Virus record (IMG/VR): IMGVR_UViG_3300036846_000650
Span: 1 to 53,729 of that record
Source of the DNA: a virus
Taxonomy: Duplodnaviria > Caudoviricetes
DNA length: 53,729 nucleotides
Direction: 5' to 3' (one strand)
Part shown: piece after piece, positions 17,921 through 27,026 of the stretch
How positions within the stretch are numbered: position 1 is the first letter of the stretch
Layout: every line of letters begins with the position of its first letter
Translations under genes and position numbers: made by a program
The notes under the pieces: generated by a model
The model's input: only the letters and a program-made list of their open reading frames with translations
Database searches by the model: none
What the model was told of the DNA's origin: nothing

Positions 17921-19855
17921 ATGGCGACCAATGACTTTGTCACCTTCGCGGCTGATCCCGCGGCGGATGTCGAAACGCAGGCAAACTACATCGATGTGGC
18001 CGCCACATGGCGCATCCTTGGCTTTGCCACCGGCACCGCGATCAGCACCCAGCTTAACAAGGTCTGGCGGCAGGCGTCGCTGATCTCCGCGATGATCGGT
18101 GAGTTCTGCATCACCGAGACCGGCAATGACATGCTGGACGACGGCACCACCACCGGCATGGCGGCCTTGCAGAACACCTTCACCGCGGCGGTGCAGGCGG
18201 CGGCGATTGCCGCGATCGGCACCGGCTACTTGCCGCTAACCGGAGGTACTCTCACCGGCAATCTGGTGGTCAACTCGCCGCTGATTCAGATCAACTCGCC
18301 GACCGGCACCAACGCGAATTTCGCGCTGAACTCGCACGCCGCCAACGGAGACTTCCTCACCGGCTACACCAACAACGTGGCGCGCTGGCAGATGGCGCTG
18401 GGCGACGTGACACCGGAGACCGGGCAGAACGCCGGCAGCAACTTCTCGCTGTCTCGCTTTGCCGACAGCGGCGCGGTGCTGGGCACGCCGATCTCGATCA
18501 ATCGCGCCACCGGCATCGTCAACTTTGCCCAGGTGCCGACCCTGAACAATCAGCCGCTGCCATTCCTGCCCAGCATCGGCGGCTACCTGTCCGGCGACAT
18601 CATCTTCACCGGCGGCACCGGCATCTACTATGCGGTCGGCACTTACTCGCACGCCCACGAATTCGGCTGGGATGGCGCGAATATCCTGGCCTGGGTGGAC
18701 GGCACCTATGAGGGCAATCTTGCCTTGCAAGGCTGGGTCAGCGGCGTGGTGGGTGGCTACTTGCCGCTCTCTGGTGGGACTCTCACCGGCAACTTGCAGG
18801 TGAATGGCTCGTTGGTGGTCAACGGCGGCTCCGGCTTCCGAAGCTCGGTCTGGTTCGCCAATATCGGCGACTTCGCAAACTTCTCCGACGGTCGCACCCG
18901 CTACCGGCAGTGGGCGGGAAATTGGTGGGATGGCTGGGATGGCACGAACGGCAATCGCACATGGTATTGCGCCGGTGGCCAGAGCATGTTCCTCGACGGT
19001 GCGGCGAATTTTCAGACCTCCGGTCATATCCTGTCGCTCAACGGCCGGATCATCAGCCAATCCGGCGGGGCGTCGTCGGTGTCGGCGTGGAATTACGGTG
19101 CTGGGTCCAACAATGGCTTCTGGAACGACGGCAATCTGGTGTTCGGTGGTCTGGACGGCTCGGGCAACCCATCGTCTGCCTGGGTGTGGGTCCAGCCCGG
19201 CGGCCAACTCAATGTCGCCGGAGGTGCCTCGGTCGGCGGACAGATTTATTCCGGCAACAACATCGTCGCTGCGGCCGGGCTGATCGCCTACGGCGGAGCC
19301 TCGATCTCCGCCAATTGCGTTGTCGGCCAGAATATCTCAGCCGGCGGCGCGATCTGGTGCAACGGCTCGGTGGTCAGCTATGGCAGCAAGGTGATGGCCC
19401 AGGGCGGCTGGCCGCAGATTGCCGTCTACAATACGTCCACCGGCAACGCGGCGTCGTGGGACTGCGGCAGCGGCGGGCTGGAATGGGGCGCGGCCGACGG
19501 CAACGGCAACCGCTATAACGGGCTGATGAATCTGGACTGGGGCGGTAATTTCTTCGTCGCCGGGCATATCTACACACCGTCGGACGAACGGCTGAAGGAC
19601 AACATCACACCGGCCGATGACTTCGACAGCCTCGCTGCGATCTGCCGCACCCCGATCCACGCCTATGACCGCAGGCTGGACGGTCAGCACGTGCCGCACG
19701 GGATCATCGCCCAGGAAATCCGCCAGACTCTGCCTGACGTGGTTATGGAGCACGGCGCGGATGCGACACTGGCGCTCGATACCCACACCATGCTGGTCCA
19801 TGCCTTCCGTGCCATTGCGCAATTGAACGCCAAACTGGAGGCCCTGCATGTCTGA
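17921..19855 (+). CDS. Tail fibre with C-terminal intramolecular chaperone (peptidase S74-like)
   Basis: LNKVWRQAS baseplate anchor, repeated YLPL.GGTLTG, SDERLKDNI...GIIAQEI...AIAQL. Confidence 0.92.
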   Translation: MATNDFVTFAADPAADVETQANYIDVAATWRILGFATGTAISTQLNKVWRQASLISAMIGEFCITETGNDMLDDGTTTGMAALQNTFTAAVQAAAIAAIGTGYLPLTGGTLTGNLVVNSPLIQINSPTGTNANFALNSHAANGDFLTGYTNNVARWQMALGDVTPETGQNAGSNFSLSRFADSGAVLGTPISINRATGIVNFAQVPTLNNQPLPFLPSIGGYLSGDIIFTGGTGIYYAVGTYSHAHEFGWDGANILAWVDGTYEGNLALQGWVSGVVGGYLPLSGGTLTGNLQVNGSLVVNGGSGFRSSVWFANIGDFANFSDGRTRYRQWAGNWWDGWDGTNGNRTWYCAGGQSMFLDGAANFQTSGHILSLNGRIISQSGGASSVSAWNYGAGSNNGFWNDGNLVFGGLDGSGNPSSAWVWVQPGGQLNVAGGASVGGQIYSGNNIVAAAGLIAYGGASISANCVVGQNISAGGAIWCNGSVVSYGSKVMAQGGWPQIAVYNTSTGNAASWDCGSGGLEWGAADGNGNRYNGLMNLDWGGNFFVAGHIYTPSDERLKDNITPADDFDSLAAICRTPIHAYDRRLDGQHVPHGIIAQEIRQTLPDVVMEHGADATLALDTHTMLVHAFRAIAQLNAKLEALHV

Positions 19856-20072
19856 CGATCCCGCAAGCCCGACCATGCCCAAGGCACCGGAGCCGGTAGA
19901 GACCGCCGCCCACCCGCCGCTGCCACACCTGCCGCAGTCCCCCCCGCCGCCGGAGCCGATGCAGCCGATCATTCCAGGTGAGCCACCACGGGGGCCGCCG
20001 CTGCCTGAGATGCCGGGGGCGAAGCCAGCCCAGATAATAATGCCGAATTTGAATCCAGTCCGGATGCCATGA
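19848..20072 (+). CDS. Small proline-rich protein
   Basis: Overlaps both neighbours; GGAGG SD. Confidence 0.55.
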   Translation: MSDDPASPTMPKAPEPVETAAHPPLPHLPQSPPPPEPMQPIIPGEPPRGPPLPEMPGAKPAQIIMPNLNPVRMP

Positions 20073-20446
20073 CCACGATCGCGCGCGAGCCCGGGCGGCA
20101 CCTGGGCGTCCGGGTGGGCACCGGCCATTGCGTGGCGCTGGTCCGCGAACTCGCCGGCCTACCGCCTACCGCGCACTGGCGGCGCGGCATGTTGGTGCGC
20201 GACGGCGACGTGCCGGCTGGGGCCGCCATCGCGACATTTGATAGCGACGGGCGCTACGGCAATCACACCGACGGTCGCAGCCACGCCTGCATCCTCGAAG
20301 CCGAGACCACGGAGGGGCTGGAGGTGGTCGACCAATGGATGGGCCAGCCCTGCCAGCGCCGCACCATCCGCTTCAAGGGTGGCCGGGGAAAGCCGGTGGA
20401 CGACGGCGACGCCTACCACATCATCGAACTACAGGAGAGCACATGA
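20069..20446 (+). CDS. BPSL0067/Tae3-like Cys-His peptidoglycan amidase (candidate endolysin)
   Basis: GHCVALV, W.RG..V, G.AIATF...GRY, SHACI and V.DQW motifs. Confidence 0.8.
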   Translation: MTTIAREPGRHLGVRVGTGHCVALVRELAGLPPTAHWRRGMLVRDGDVPAGAAIATFDSDGRYGNHTDGRSHACILEAETTEGLEVVDQWMGQPCQRRTIRFKGGRGKPVDDGDAYHIIELQEST

Positions 20447-20640
20447 ACGACCCCAACAATCCCGACATCACCGTGACCTTGCCGCTGTCGCACTGGAATA
20501 TGGTGTTCGACTACCTGGGCGATCAGCCATTCAAGAAGGTGGCCGACCTGATCGTGGCGATCCGCACCCAGGCGCAGCGACAGGCGCAGAGCGCTCAGTT
20601 AGGGCCGCGGCCGAATGGGGAGTTGCGTGACGCGGCGTGA
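20443..20640 (+). CDS. Small phage protein often found near fibre genes
   Basis: AGGAG SD; L..WN.V...L..QPFKKVADLI pattern. Confidence 0.7.
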   Translation: MNDPNNPDITVTLPLSHWNMVFDYLGDQPFKKVADLIVAIRTQAQRQAQSAQLGPRPNGELRDAA

Positions 20641-20692
20641 CCTCAGTAGGCTGCCAACGGACTAGGAGTATCTCCTTCAAACCTCCCCTGAC

Positions 20693-20723
20693 CCCCCGTC
20701 TCTCCCAAGGCGGGGGCTTTTTT
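20693..20723 (+). terminator. Rho-independent terminator ending the late operon
   Basis: CCCCCGTC-TCTCCCAA-GGCGGGGG hairpin followed by CTTTTTT at the strand convergence point. Confidence 0.8.
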
Positions 20724-20931
20724 ACGGCTCGAACATATTCGGCTGTTTGGCCAGCCGGAAGAACGCGGTGCTGGCGTGGTATTCGCGGCGGGAGTCCACC
20801 GCCGGGGCGAAGCGGGCGCACCGGCCGCGCTCCAGGATGCAGTCCTCGCACAACAGCAGATCGGGGATCGGCCGGCGGCGCGGGAAGGTGGCCTCCTTGC
20901 CGGTAGCGCCGCAGTCATGGCAAGCATTCAT
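20722..20931 (-). CDS. Small Zn-finger-like protein
   Basis: CHDC...CEDC; ATGA-coupled. Confidence 0.6.
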   Translation of the reverse strand: MNACHDCGATGKEATFPRRRPIPDLLLCEDCILERGRCARFAPAVDSRREYHASTAFFRLAKQPNMFEP

Positions 20932-21296
20932 TCGTCGTCCTCCTCGTCCTCGTCGTCCGCCGCCGCTTCGATGCGCTCAGCGTCATCCTGCAAGGTGCCG
21001 GCCAGGGCGCGCAGCATGGCCAATCCGTCCAGGGCCGTGCTTTCGTGCAGGTACTGAGCGATCGCCACCGCGATGGTGCGCACCATGGTCATCAGGTCGA
21101 ACGGATCGCCGCCGTTGGTGATGTTGCCGGCGATAATGGCAGTGGCGTGCAGGTTGGCCGAAGCCATCATGACGCTGTCATCGCTGTCGCGGAACAGCGG
21201 GATCACCACTTCCTCCAGGTGATCAGCCGCGGCGTCCTGGCCGTCCGCGCGCAGCCCTTCCAGCATTTCCTGGACTTCGGTGCGGAAGTTTACCAT
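20928..21296 (-). CDS. Hypothetical protein with acidic tail
   Basis: MVNFRTEVQ start; overlaps both neighbours. Confidence 0.65.
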   Translation of the reverse strand: MVNFRTEVQEMLEGLRADGQDAAADHLEEVVIPLFRDSDDSVMMASANLHATAIIAGNITNGGDPFDLMTMVRTIAVAIAQYLHESTALDGLAMLRALAGTLQDDAERIEAAADDEDEEDDE

Positions 21297-21496
21297 GGCA
21301 GAAATCCTGAGAGCAGGACGGTGCCGACCAGCGCGACACCGCCGACAAACAGAAGCAACAAGGCCGTCATCAGCCCGCAGTAGATCGCGAAGCGGATCGC
21401 CATCTTGCGCTGGTGCAGACGGCGGCGCTCCTCGATCGTGTCGGGCCGTAAGCGCCGGAAGACCATCCGGTAGGCCCGGATGAATTCCTGATCCAT
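21290..21496 (-). CDS. Small membrane protein
   Basis: MDQEFIRAY start, TGATG-coupled to recT; C-terminal TM. Confidence 0.6.
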   Translation of the reverse strand: MDQEFIRAYRMVFRRLRPDTIEERRRLHQRKMAIRFAIYCGLMTALLLLFVGGVALVGTVLLSGFLPW

Positions 21497-23364
21497 CACG
21501 CGGCGTCCGGCGGCTCGGGCTCGTCGGGCGGGCCAAGCTCCTCCAGCTTGGCGGCGAAGGCGTTGTCGGCACGCTCGAACTGCGCCGGATTCTCCCGCCG
21601 CAGCCGCTTCATCTCCCGCTGCACGTCGGGCGACGCGCCAAGCTCGGCCACTGCCCTGGCGGTGGTGTGCTCGGATAGCGTGTGGATGATGTCGTCCACC
21701 CAGCGGGCGTCCTTGTCGTCGGTCACCAGCTTCGGCTGGGGGCGTGGCGGTGCCGGCGTCGGTGGCTTGCCCGGTGCACCGGTGAGATCGATCACCCACT
21801 CCGGCAGCCCGGCCTTCAGTTGGTCACCCCGCTCGCGGATGTGCTTCAGCAGCAGCAGCCGGGTGGGCAACGGGGCCCGCTGCATCACCTCGCGCTGGAA
21901 ATCCAGCCACGTGGCGAGATCGCCGCGTAGCCCGAACAGGACCGACCGGAATTCCGCGGTGTAGCCTCGCCAGTCCGGCTTGCCCTCGCGGCTCTCCTTC
22001 AGGATGACGGACAGCAGCTTGGGCAGATCGCGCCGCTCCTCCATCACCGCGAGGAGTTGGTCGGCGATCGGGAATTTCCTGGCTTCTTCCAGGGCCTGCT
22101 CGTTGTTCTCCAGCAAGGTGGCGGTGTCGCGGGCGTGCTGCCACAGATTGATGAAGCCGCGGGCCCACTGCACCGGATCAACGAACGGCTCGGGGTCATA
22201 ATCCCCGACCTCGTCAATCAGAAACGCCTCGAAGGAGGGGTCGGTCAGCGGCTCCGGCTTTTCCTGAACGATGGGCGCGGGCTGGGCGGCCTTCCAACGG
22301 CGGAACTCCTCAAGCTCGGCCTCAGAGCCTTCTGGGCGGCGTCCGGCGTCGGCCGTGCTGTCGGGGCGGCGATCGGTGAAGGCGGCATCAGGAGCCGCCC
22401 CAGGGCTGCCGGTGGGCATGTATTCGGGCTCGGGATCATCACTGCGCTCGCCCAGGTGTGCCGCAGCGCTGGCATAGTCCGGATTGGCGTCGGTGCCGGC
22501 CATGTCGATCACCTTGCCGTAGTCGATGTCCCGGCGGTCGTGGGCCTCGTCAATCCGCACGGCGTTGGCCAGTTCGGCCGACTTGGGCAGGTACTTGGTG
22601 CCGTGGCGGATCATGGTCTTGCGCGCCATCGGCTCCTCGTGGGCGACCCACGGCGCGGCGGTCCAGGTGAGCGGGGGCCGCTTGCCCTCCTTCTGCGCCT
22701 CCTCCAGTGCCCGCAGTGCGCGCCGGTAGCCCTGGCTCATGTTGCGGATGCGCAGCACCTCGCCGTAGGGCCAGACTTCGATGGCCTGTCCGCCACCCAC
22801 CGTGTTGGCGTGGAAGTAGGCGTATTCCGGCCGGTCATCGGCGCTGCGCTCGCGCCGGCCGCCGCGCTTGAATTTCAGGAAGCTGTCGGTCCCTTCCTGC
22901 CAGTCGAACACGTCGGAGCCGGTGTAGACCACATTCGCCGACGTGTTGAGGATTTGCTTGGTGTTGTAGGCCAGCTTCAGCAGGCCGGAATAGCCGAAGA
23001 TCACCTGGATTTCGACCACCTCGCGGTCCGGCTTGCCGCGCTCCTTGATGGTGCGCCTGAAGGGGATCAGGTGCGCTTCATTTAACGCCGAATTCGGCTC
23101 CAGGCCGATATTGCTGGCGGTGAGGCAGGCTCCGGCAAAGCTGGTCGGTGTGGCCTTTACCAGGAGCGGATTGCCGCTGTGCGCGCGCAGGCACACCGAC
23201 AGCATCCGATCCGGGGTGATGTGGGTCGGCACCGACGCCATGATGCGCTCGCGGAACTCGGAGGACAGGAATAGCTCCTCCAGATTCCTGGCCGCCTTGA
23301 TCGGCACGTAATTCTCCCGCGGCAGGTTGGGGGTGGTGAGCGGCCTCCGTTTGGTGTCACTCAT
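21496..23364 (-). CDS. recT: RecT-family single-strand annealing protein with long C-terminal extension
   Basis: SFAGACLTASNIGLEP, AHLIPF, GYSGLLKLA and MARKTMIR...KYLPKS motifs. Confidence 0.9.
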   Translation of the reverse strand: MSDTKRRPLTTPNLPRENYVPIKAARNLEELFLSSEFRERIMASVPTHITPDRMLSVCLRAHSGNPLLVKATPTSFAGACLTASNIGLEPNSALNEAHLIPFRRTIKERGKPDREVVEIQVIFGYSGLLKLAYNTKQILNTSANVVYTGSDVFDWQEGTDSFLKFKRGGRRERSADDRPEYAYFHANTVGGGQAIEVWPYGEVLRIRNMSQGYRRALRALEEAQKEGKRPPLTWTAAPWVAHEEPMARKTMIRHGTKYLPKSAELANAVRIDEAHDRRDIDYGKVIDMAGTDANPDYASAAAHLGERSDDPEPEYMPTGSPGAAPDAAFTDRRPDSTADAGRRPEGSEAELEEFRRWKAAQPAPIVQEKPEPLTDPSFEAFLIDEVGDYDPEPFVDPVQWARGFINLWQHARDTATLLENNEQALEEARKFPIADQLLAVMEERRDLPKLLSVILKESREGKPDWRGYTAEFRSVLFGLRGDLATWLDFQREVMQRAPLPTRLLLLKHIRERGDQLKAGLPEWVIDLTGAPGKPPTPAPPRPQPKLVTDDKDARWVDDIIHTLSEHTTARAVAELGASPDVQREMKRLRRENPAQFERADNAFAAKLEELGPPDEPEPPDAA

Positions 23365-23365
23365 T

Positions 23366-24580
23366 TTATCGGTTCCTCATGACGATCGAGCGGTTGATTT
23401 TAATGCCGGGAATTGGCGAGCGGCCAGCCTTCGCATCCTCGCGCGCGGCCACCACGTCGTCACTGGCATAGGCGCGCAGCGTCTGGCCTACCAGTGCCTC
23501 ATTCACCTGGAGGTACTTGAGCGGCACCTTGCTGATGTCGGTGATCTGGAAGCTCCAGGTCTCCTGGCCCGACATGGTGCGGCCATAGCTGGTGTCGGCG
23601 CGGGTGAGATCGGCAGTGCGGCCAGATGCCAATTCCTGGGCCTCCTGGGCCTCCAGGGCGGCCTTGCGGGCGTCGTCCAGTAGCTGTGGCGCGGCCGGCG
23701 TCTCCCGCTGTAGCGCCTCCCTGGCCGCCTTGGCGAGGCGCTCCGCTTCGGCCTGGGCAGCGGCGGCACGGACGGCTTCCTCAGCCCGCCGCCGGGCGTC
23801 CTCTTTGGCCGCGTAGTCATTCATCAGCCGCTGCACTGGGGCCATCGCGGTATCAAGCTGCTTCAGGAGCTTGGCGAACCATTCATCGACCGCCCGGCCG
23901 CCCAACAGGAATGGGCGTTTGGCCGTGGTCCGGTGCTTCTCGGCCAGCCGCAGATGGGCCTTGGCGGTGTCCATGTTGCCGCCGATCTCGCCCAACCGGG
24001 CCTCGGTGGTGATCTCCGTGGTCTCAGCGTCCCTGGCCAACTGCGCCACGTCGGCGGCGATAGAGGCGGCCAGCGCCTCCTCCTCATACGCCAGCCATTC
24101 GACGATCGCCTTGGGCTCTAGCGGGGATGGCGGCGGCGGCCGATTGAGCGGCTCTACTGCCAGCGGCGCGGGCGGCGTCGGATTGCCGAATTCCGGGGTG
24201 AGGCGCAGCGTGGTGGGGTCCACCTGCTTACGCGGATCGAGACAGGGGTGGTCTGGATAGCTCTGGCGCGCCCATGCCTTCAGCGGGATCGGGCGGGCGT
24301 CGGGGTCCTCGCTGGTGCGGTAATTGTATTCCGCCGCGCTGATCGGCTCCTTGTCGGCAAGCCAGATGTCCATCACGCCGTCGGCCATGGCGGGGTCGGC
24401 ATTCGGCAGTCCGGCTTCCTTGCCGTCAATCACCGCGGACCACAGCCCGCCCTCGAAAATAATCCGGGCCGGCACATAAGGCCAGCCGCCGGAGTAACGG
24501 CGCAGCTTCCAGAGTCCAGGCTCCGGCTGATCGACGCGAATCGGGTCAAGCCCGCGACGGGCTCGGGGAGAACGGCTCAT
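23366..24580 (-). CDS. Recombination-module coiled-coil protein (Gp157/Gam-like C-terminus)
   Basis: AAGGAG SD before ATG at 24580; PEPGLW..R...GWPYVPARI N-domain; KRPFL...RAVDEWF coil; WSFQITD..KVP..YL...IPGI end. Confidence 0.65.
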   Translation of the reverse strand: MSRSPRARRGLDPIRVDQPEPGLWKLRRYSGGWPYVPARIIFEGGLWSAVIDGKEAGLPNADPAMADGVMDIWLADKEPISAAEYNYRTSEDPDARPIPLKAWARQSYPDHPCLDPRKQVDPTTLRLTPEFGNPTPPAPLAVEPLNRPPPPSPLEPKAIVEWLAYEEEALAASIAADVAQLARDAETTEITTEARLGEIGGNMDTAKAHLRLAEKHRTTAKRPFLLGGRAVDEWFAKLLKQLDTAMAPVQRLMNDYAAKEDARRRAEEAVRAAAAQAEAERLAKAAREALQRETPAAPQLLDDARKAALEAQEAQELASGRTADLTRADTSYGRTMSGQETWSFQITDISKVPLKYLQVNEALVGQTLRAYASDDVVAAREDAKAGRSPIPGIKINRSIVMRNR

Positions 24581-24713
24581 AGGGAACTCCTTGGGTGGAC
24601 GTGTGCGGCGATAGAATAGGCCAATCACCCGATGATTAACAGAAAATTCCGGCGGACTTGCTGACAAATGCCGTTCGGCCAACATATAGTCGCGGCAACA
24701 GGAGGTTAGCAGC

Positions 24714-25433
24714 ATGAGCGAGTCGCTTGGGTCGAATATCCCGCCAGAGACGATCCTACACTGGATACACGAATTGTCGCGCTCCAAGTTGGCCTGCGAC
24801 GAAGCCAACGGCCGGCACCGCGCCAACGTCAAGCGCGCCAAGGCAGAGGGCTTGCCGGTGGAGGCGATCACCGAGTCGATCGCCTGGGCCCGACAGGACC
24901 CAGAGACCCGCCGGCAGCGGCTGATCTCGCGCATCCGGGTGGAGGGCATTCGCTACCCGGAAAATGGCGCGGCACTCAGCGAGATGCTGCCCAACTTGGA
25001 TATTCGGGTGTCTGACCGGATGCGCTACACCGACACGCTGTTTGACGGCGAACAGAAGGGCTATCAGGCCGGTCTGGGCGGCGCAGCGGCGGACGGCAAT
25101 CCCTATCCGCCGGGCTCGGAAATGGCGCAGCAGTGGCGCAATGGCTGGGGCCGCGGCAATGAGGTGCGCAGCGCTACCGTCGGGACCGAAGGCGGCCGGG
25201 TGGGCAACGCGGCGCGCCGGGTGCCGGGCCGTAAGCGGGCGGCACAGCCATCAATGCTGCCGGAGGAGTCGCCGGAGCCGAGACGCCCCCGTGGCCGTCC
25301 CAAGGGCAGTAAAAACAAGGCCGGGCCGAACTACCGCAAGGCCGCCGCCAAGAAGCGCGGCCGGGCCAAACGGGCGGCGCGCAAGATGTCCAACGTGGCG
25401 CAGTTTCCCAGCCCCGGTGAGGCGGCGGAGTGA
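24714..25433 (+). CDS. GapR-like + Rmf-fold + AT-hook protein
   Basis: AGGAGG SD; AKAEGLPV...RQDPETR (GapR-like); GYQAG...NPY...WRNGW (Rmf-like); PRGRPKGSKNK. Confidence 0.65.
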   Translation: MSESLGSNIPPETILHWIHELSRSKLACDEANGRHRANVKRAKAEGLPVEAITESIAWARQDPETRRQRLISRIRVEGIRYPENGAALSEMLPNLDIRVSDRMRYTDTLFDGEQKGYQAGLGGAAADGNPYPPGSEMAQQWRNGWGRGNEVRSATVGTEGGRVGNAARRVPGRKRAAQPSMLPEESPEPRRPRGRPKGSKNKAGPNYRKAAAKKRGRAKRAARKMSNVAQFPSPGEAAE

Positions 25434-25615
25434 CCAAATCGCGCTGGTACCTCCGGCTTACCCAGACGGAGGGACAGGTGGGGATCACCCTCTCCGCGGC
25501 GGATGACGCCTACACCTTCACCGCGCGATGGCCTGTTGACGCGAGCGGGCGAGTGATTGCGGAATATCTGCATGATCTCGCCTCCGACCTCGAAGCCGCC
25601 GATCCCGACGCCTGA
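25430..25615 (+). CDS. Hypothetical protein
   Basis: GTGA-coupled ORF. Confidence 0.55.
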   Translation: MTKSRWYLRLTQTEGQVGITLSAADDAYTFTARWPVDASGRVIAEYLHDLASDLEAADPDA

Positions 25616-26144
25616 AGGCGGGCTCCTCGCCCTCGATCTGGGCTCCACCATCGGCTGGGCCTACGGTCCGCTGGACTGGCCACAGCCGCTGTCCGGCTAC
25701 ATCACCACGCCGGTGCTGGGCGGGCAGGCACCCAGATTTCAGGTGCTGGACAGCGAGCTATGCGACATGATCGAGAAGTGGCAGCCGACCAAGCTGGCGG
25801 TGGAATCGCCGCTGCATGTCATGGCGCACGACTCAACCGCGGCGGCGGCACTGCTCTACGGGATGCGGGCGATCGTGCTGCTGCGCGCCTACGGCTACGA
25901 AATCCCGCTGTCCTCGATCTCGGCTGATCTGGTGCGGCAGGACCTGATGGGCTTCTGCCGGATACCGGGCGGCAAGCGCGGGGCGATCAAGGACGCGGTC
26001 CTGGCATGGTGCCGGCATCGCAAACACTGGCAGATTTCCAATCACAACGCCGCCGATGCCGCGCTAATCTGGGCGTGGCATCAGCGGCAGCTTGTGCGTC
26101 CCCGGCAATTAACGATCTCGCCGGAGATGGTGCCCTACGCCTGA
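25572..26144 (+). CDS. RuvC-like Holliday junction resolvase
   Basis: LLALDLG..IGWA, LAVESP and NHNAADA acidic motifs; start uncertain. Confidence 0.8.
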   Translation: MISPPTSKPPIPTPEGGLLALDLGSTIGWAYGPLDWPQPLSGYITTPVLGGQAPRFQVLDSELCDMIEKWQPTKLAVESPLHVMAHDSTAAAALLYGMRAIVLLRAYGYEIPLSSISADLVRQDLMGFCRIPGGKRGAIKDAVLAWCRHRKHWQISNHNAADAALIWAWHQRQLVRPRQLTISPEMVPYA

Positions 26145-26650
26145 CCCTCCGGCTCCATGCCCGACAAGCCAGTGTCGAACACTTGGTCGGTCTGGGCGGC
26201 GCGGCGCTTCCACTCCTCCTCCTGCCGGCGCTCGGTCTCCGCCTTGTGCTTCTGGGCGTGGTGGAACCACCGCCACCGGTAGTGATTGAGGGCATGGGTC
26301 AGATCGGAAAATCTCTCGGCGTCAATCAGATGGCGCTCCTCGCCATCGTTGAAGTACTGACACACCGAGAAGACCGATTTGTCCGGCTGGACAATCAGCA
26401 CGGTGTCGCCGCCATTCTCGACATCAAAATCCGGAGCATCGGCTGCCGCCAGGATCGGCCAGCAACTGGTGGTCGAGCCGCGCCATTTGCGGTGCTCCCA
26501 GCCCAGGATGGGGACCGTCGCCCTGATGATATCGTGGTGCCGGTAGTGGTCGAAGTGCTCGCCGGCCTTGTAGCGATTCCAGATGGTCGATCCATCGAGC
26601 CAGACCGCGTAGCTGCCTGGGATGGCCGGTAGGATGTCAGACGTGTCCAT
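26135..26650 (-). CDS. Hypothetical protein
   Basis: AGGAG SD; clean ORF. Confidence 0.65.
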   Translation of the reverse strand: MDTSDILPAIPGSYAVWLDGSTIWNRYKAGEHFDHYRHHDIIRATVPILGWEHRKWRGSTTSCWPILAAADAPDFDVENGGDTVLIVQPDKSVFSVCQYFNDGEERHLIDAERFSDLTHALNHYRWRWFHHAQKHKAETERRQEEEWKRRAAQTDQVFDTGLSGMEPEGQA

Positions 26651-26658
26651 GGTCTCTC

Positions 26659-26913
26659 CTAACGAAAGCCGGGAAGTTCGATGGGCTCAAAGAACTTGCT
26701 GTCCGGCCCGCACAGGGTGTGCCCGCTATGGGCCTGTGTCCAGGAGCGATTTAGCCCGGCGGTGATCCGGTAGGGCGGCGGGGTGCGGCCGGTCACCGGA
26801 CTGGGTGTGGAGTCTACCAGCGCCGACGGGTGGGCGCACTTGCGGCGCTCGTCGGCATCCTCCTCGTCGGTGTGTCGGGGCAGCAGGTGGACGCAGTCGA
26901 TACACAGCCTCAT
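26659..26913 (-). CDS. Cys-rich hypothetical phage protein
   Basis: GGAGG SD; LCIDCVH...CAHP...CGPDSKFFEP. Confidence 0.7.
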   Translation of the reverse strand: MRLCIDCVHLLPRHTDEEDADERRKCAHPSALVDSTPSPVTGRTPPPYRITAGLNRSWTQAHSGHTLCGPDSKFFEPIELPGFR

Positions 26914-26932
26914 GGCAATATCCTCCCTCGCA

Positions 26933-26991
26933 AATATACCCTGAAAAATTCAGATGTCTATGTTGCATTTATTGCGGGACACCGCCATTCT
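26933..26991. promoter_or_regulatory. Divergent sigma70-like promoters
   Basis: Minus strand TAGACA-16-TATATT; plus strand TTGCAT-17-CATTCT; AT-rich gap between divergent genes. Confidence 0.5.
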
Positions 26992-27026
26992 TCCTGGGTT
27001 CGTCGCAGATACCCACAGGAGGATAA

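Noticed and set aside
17921-19855. DGR target or invertible fibre cassette
   Set aside because: No reverse transcriptase, template repeat or invertase. The YLPL.GGTLTG repeats are ordinary fibre module junctions.
4571-20446. T6SS/eCIS or tailocin (sheath, spike, PAAR, Tae-like effector)
   Set aside because: Terminase, portal, neck, tape-measure and replication genes on the same contig indicate a real phage.
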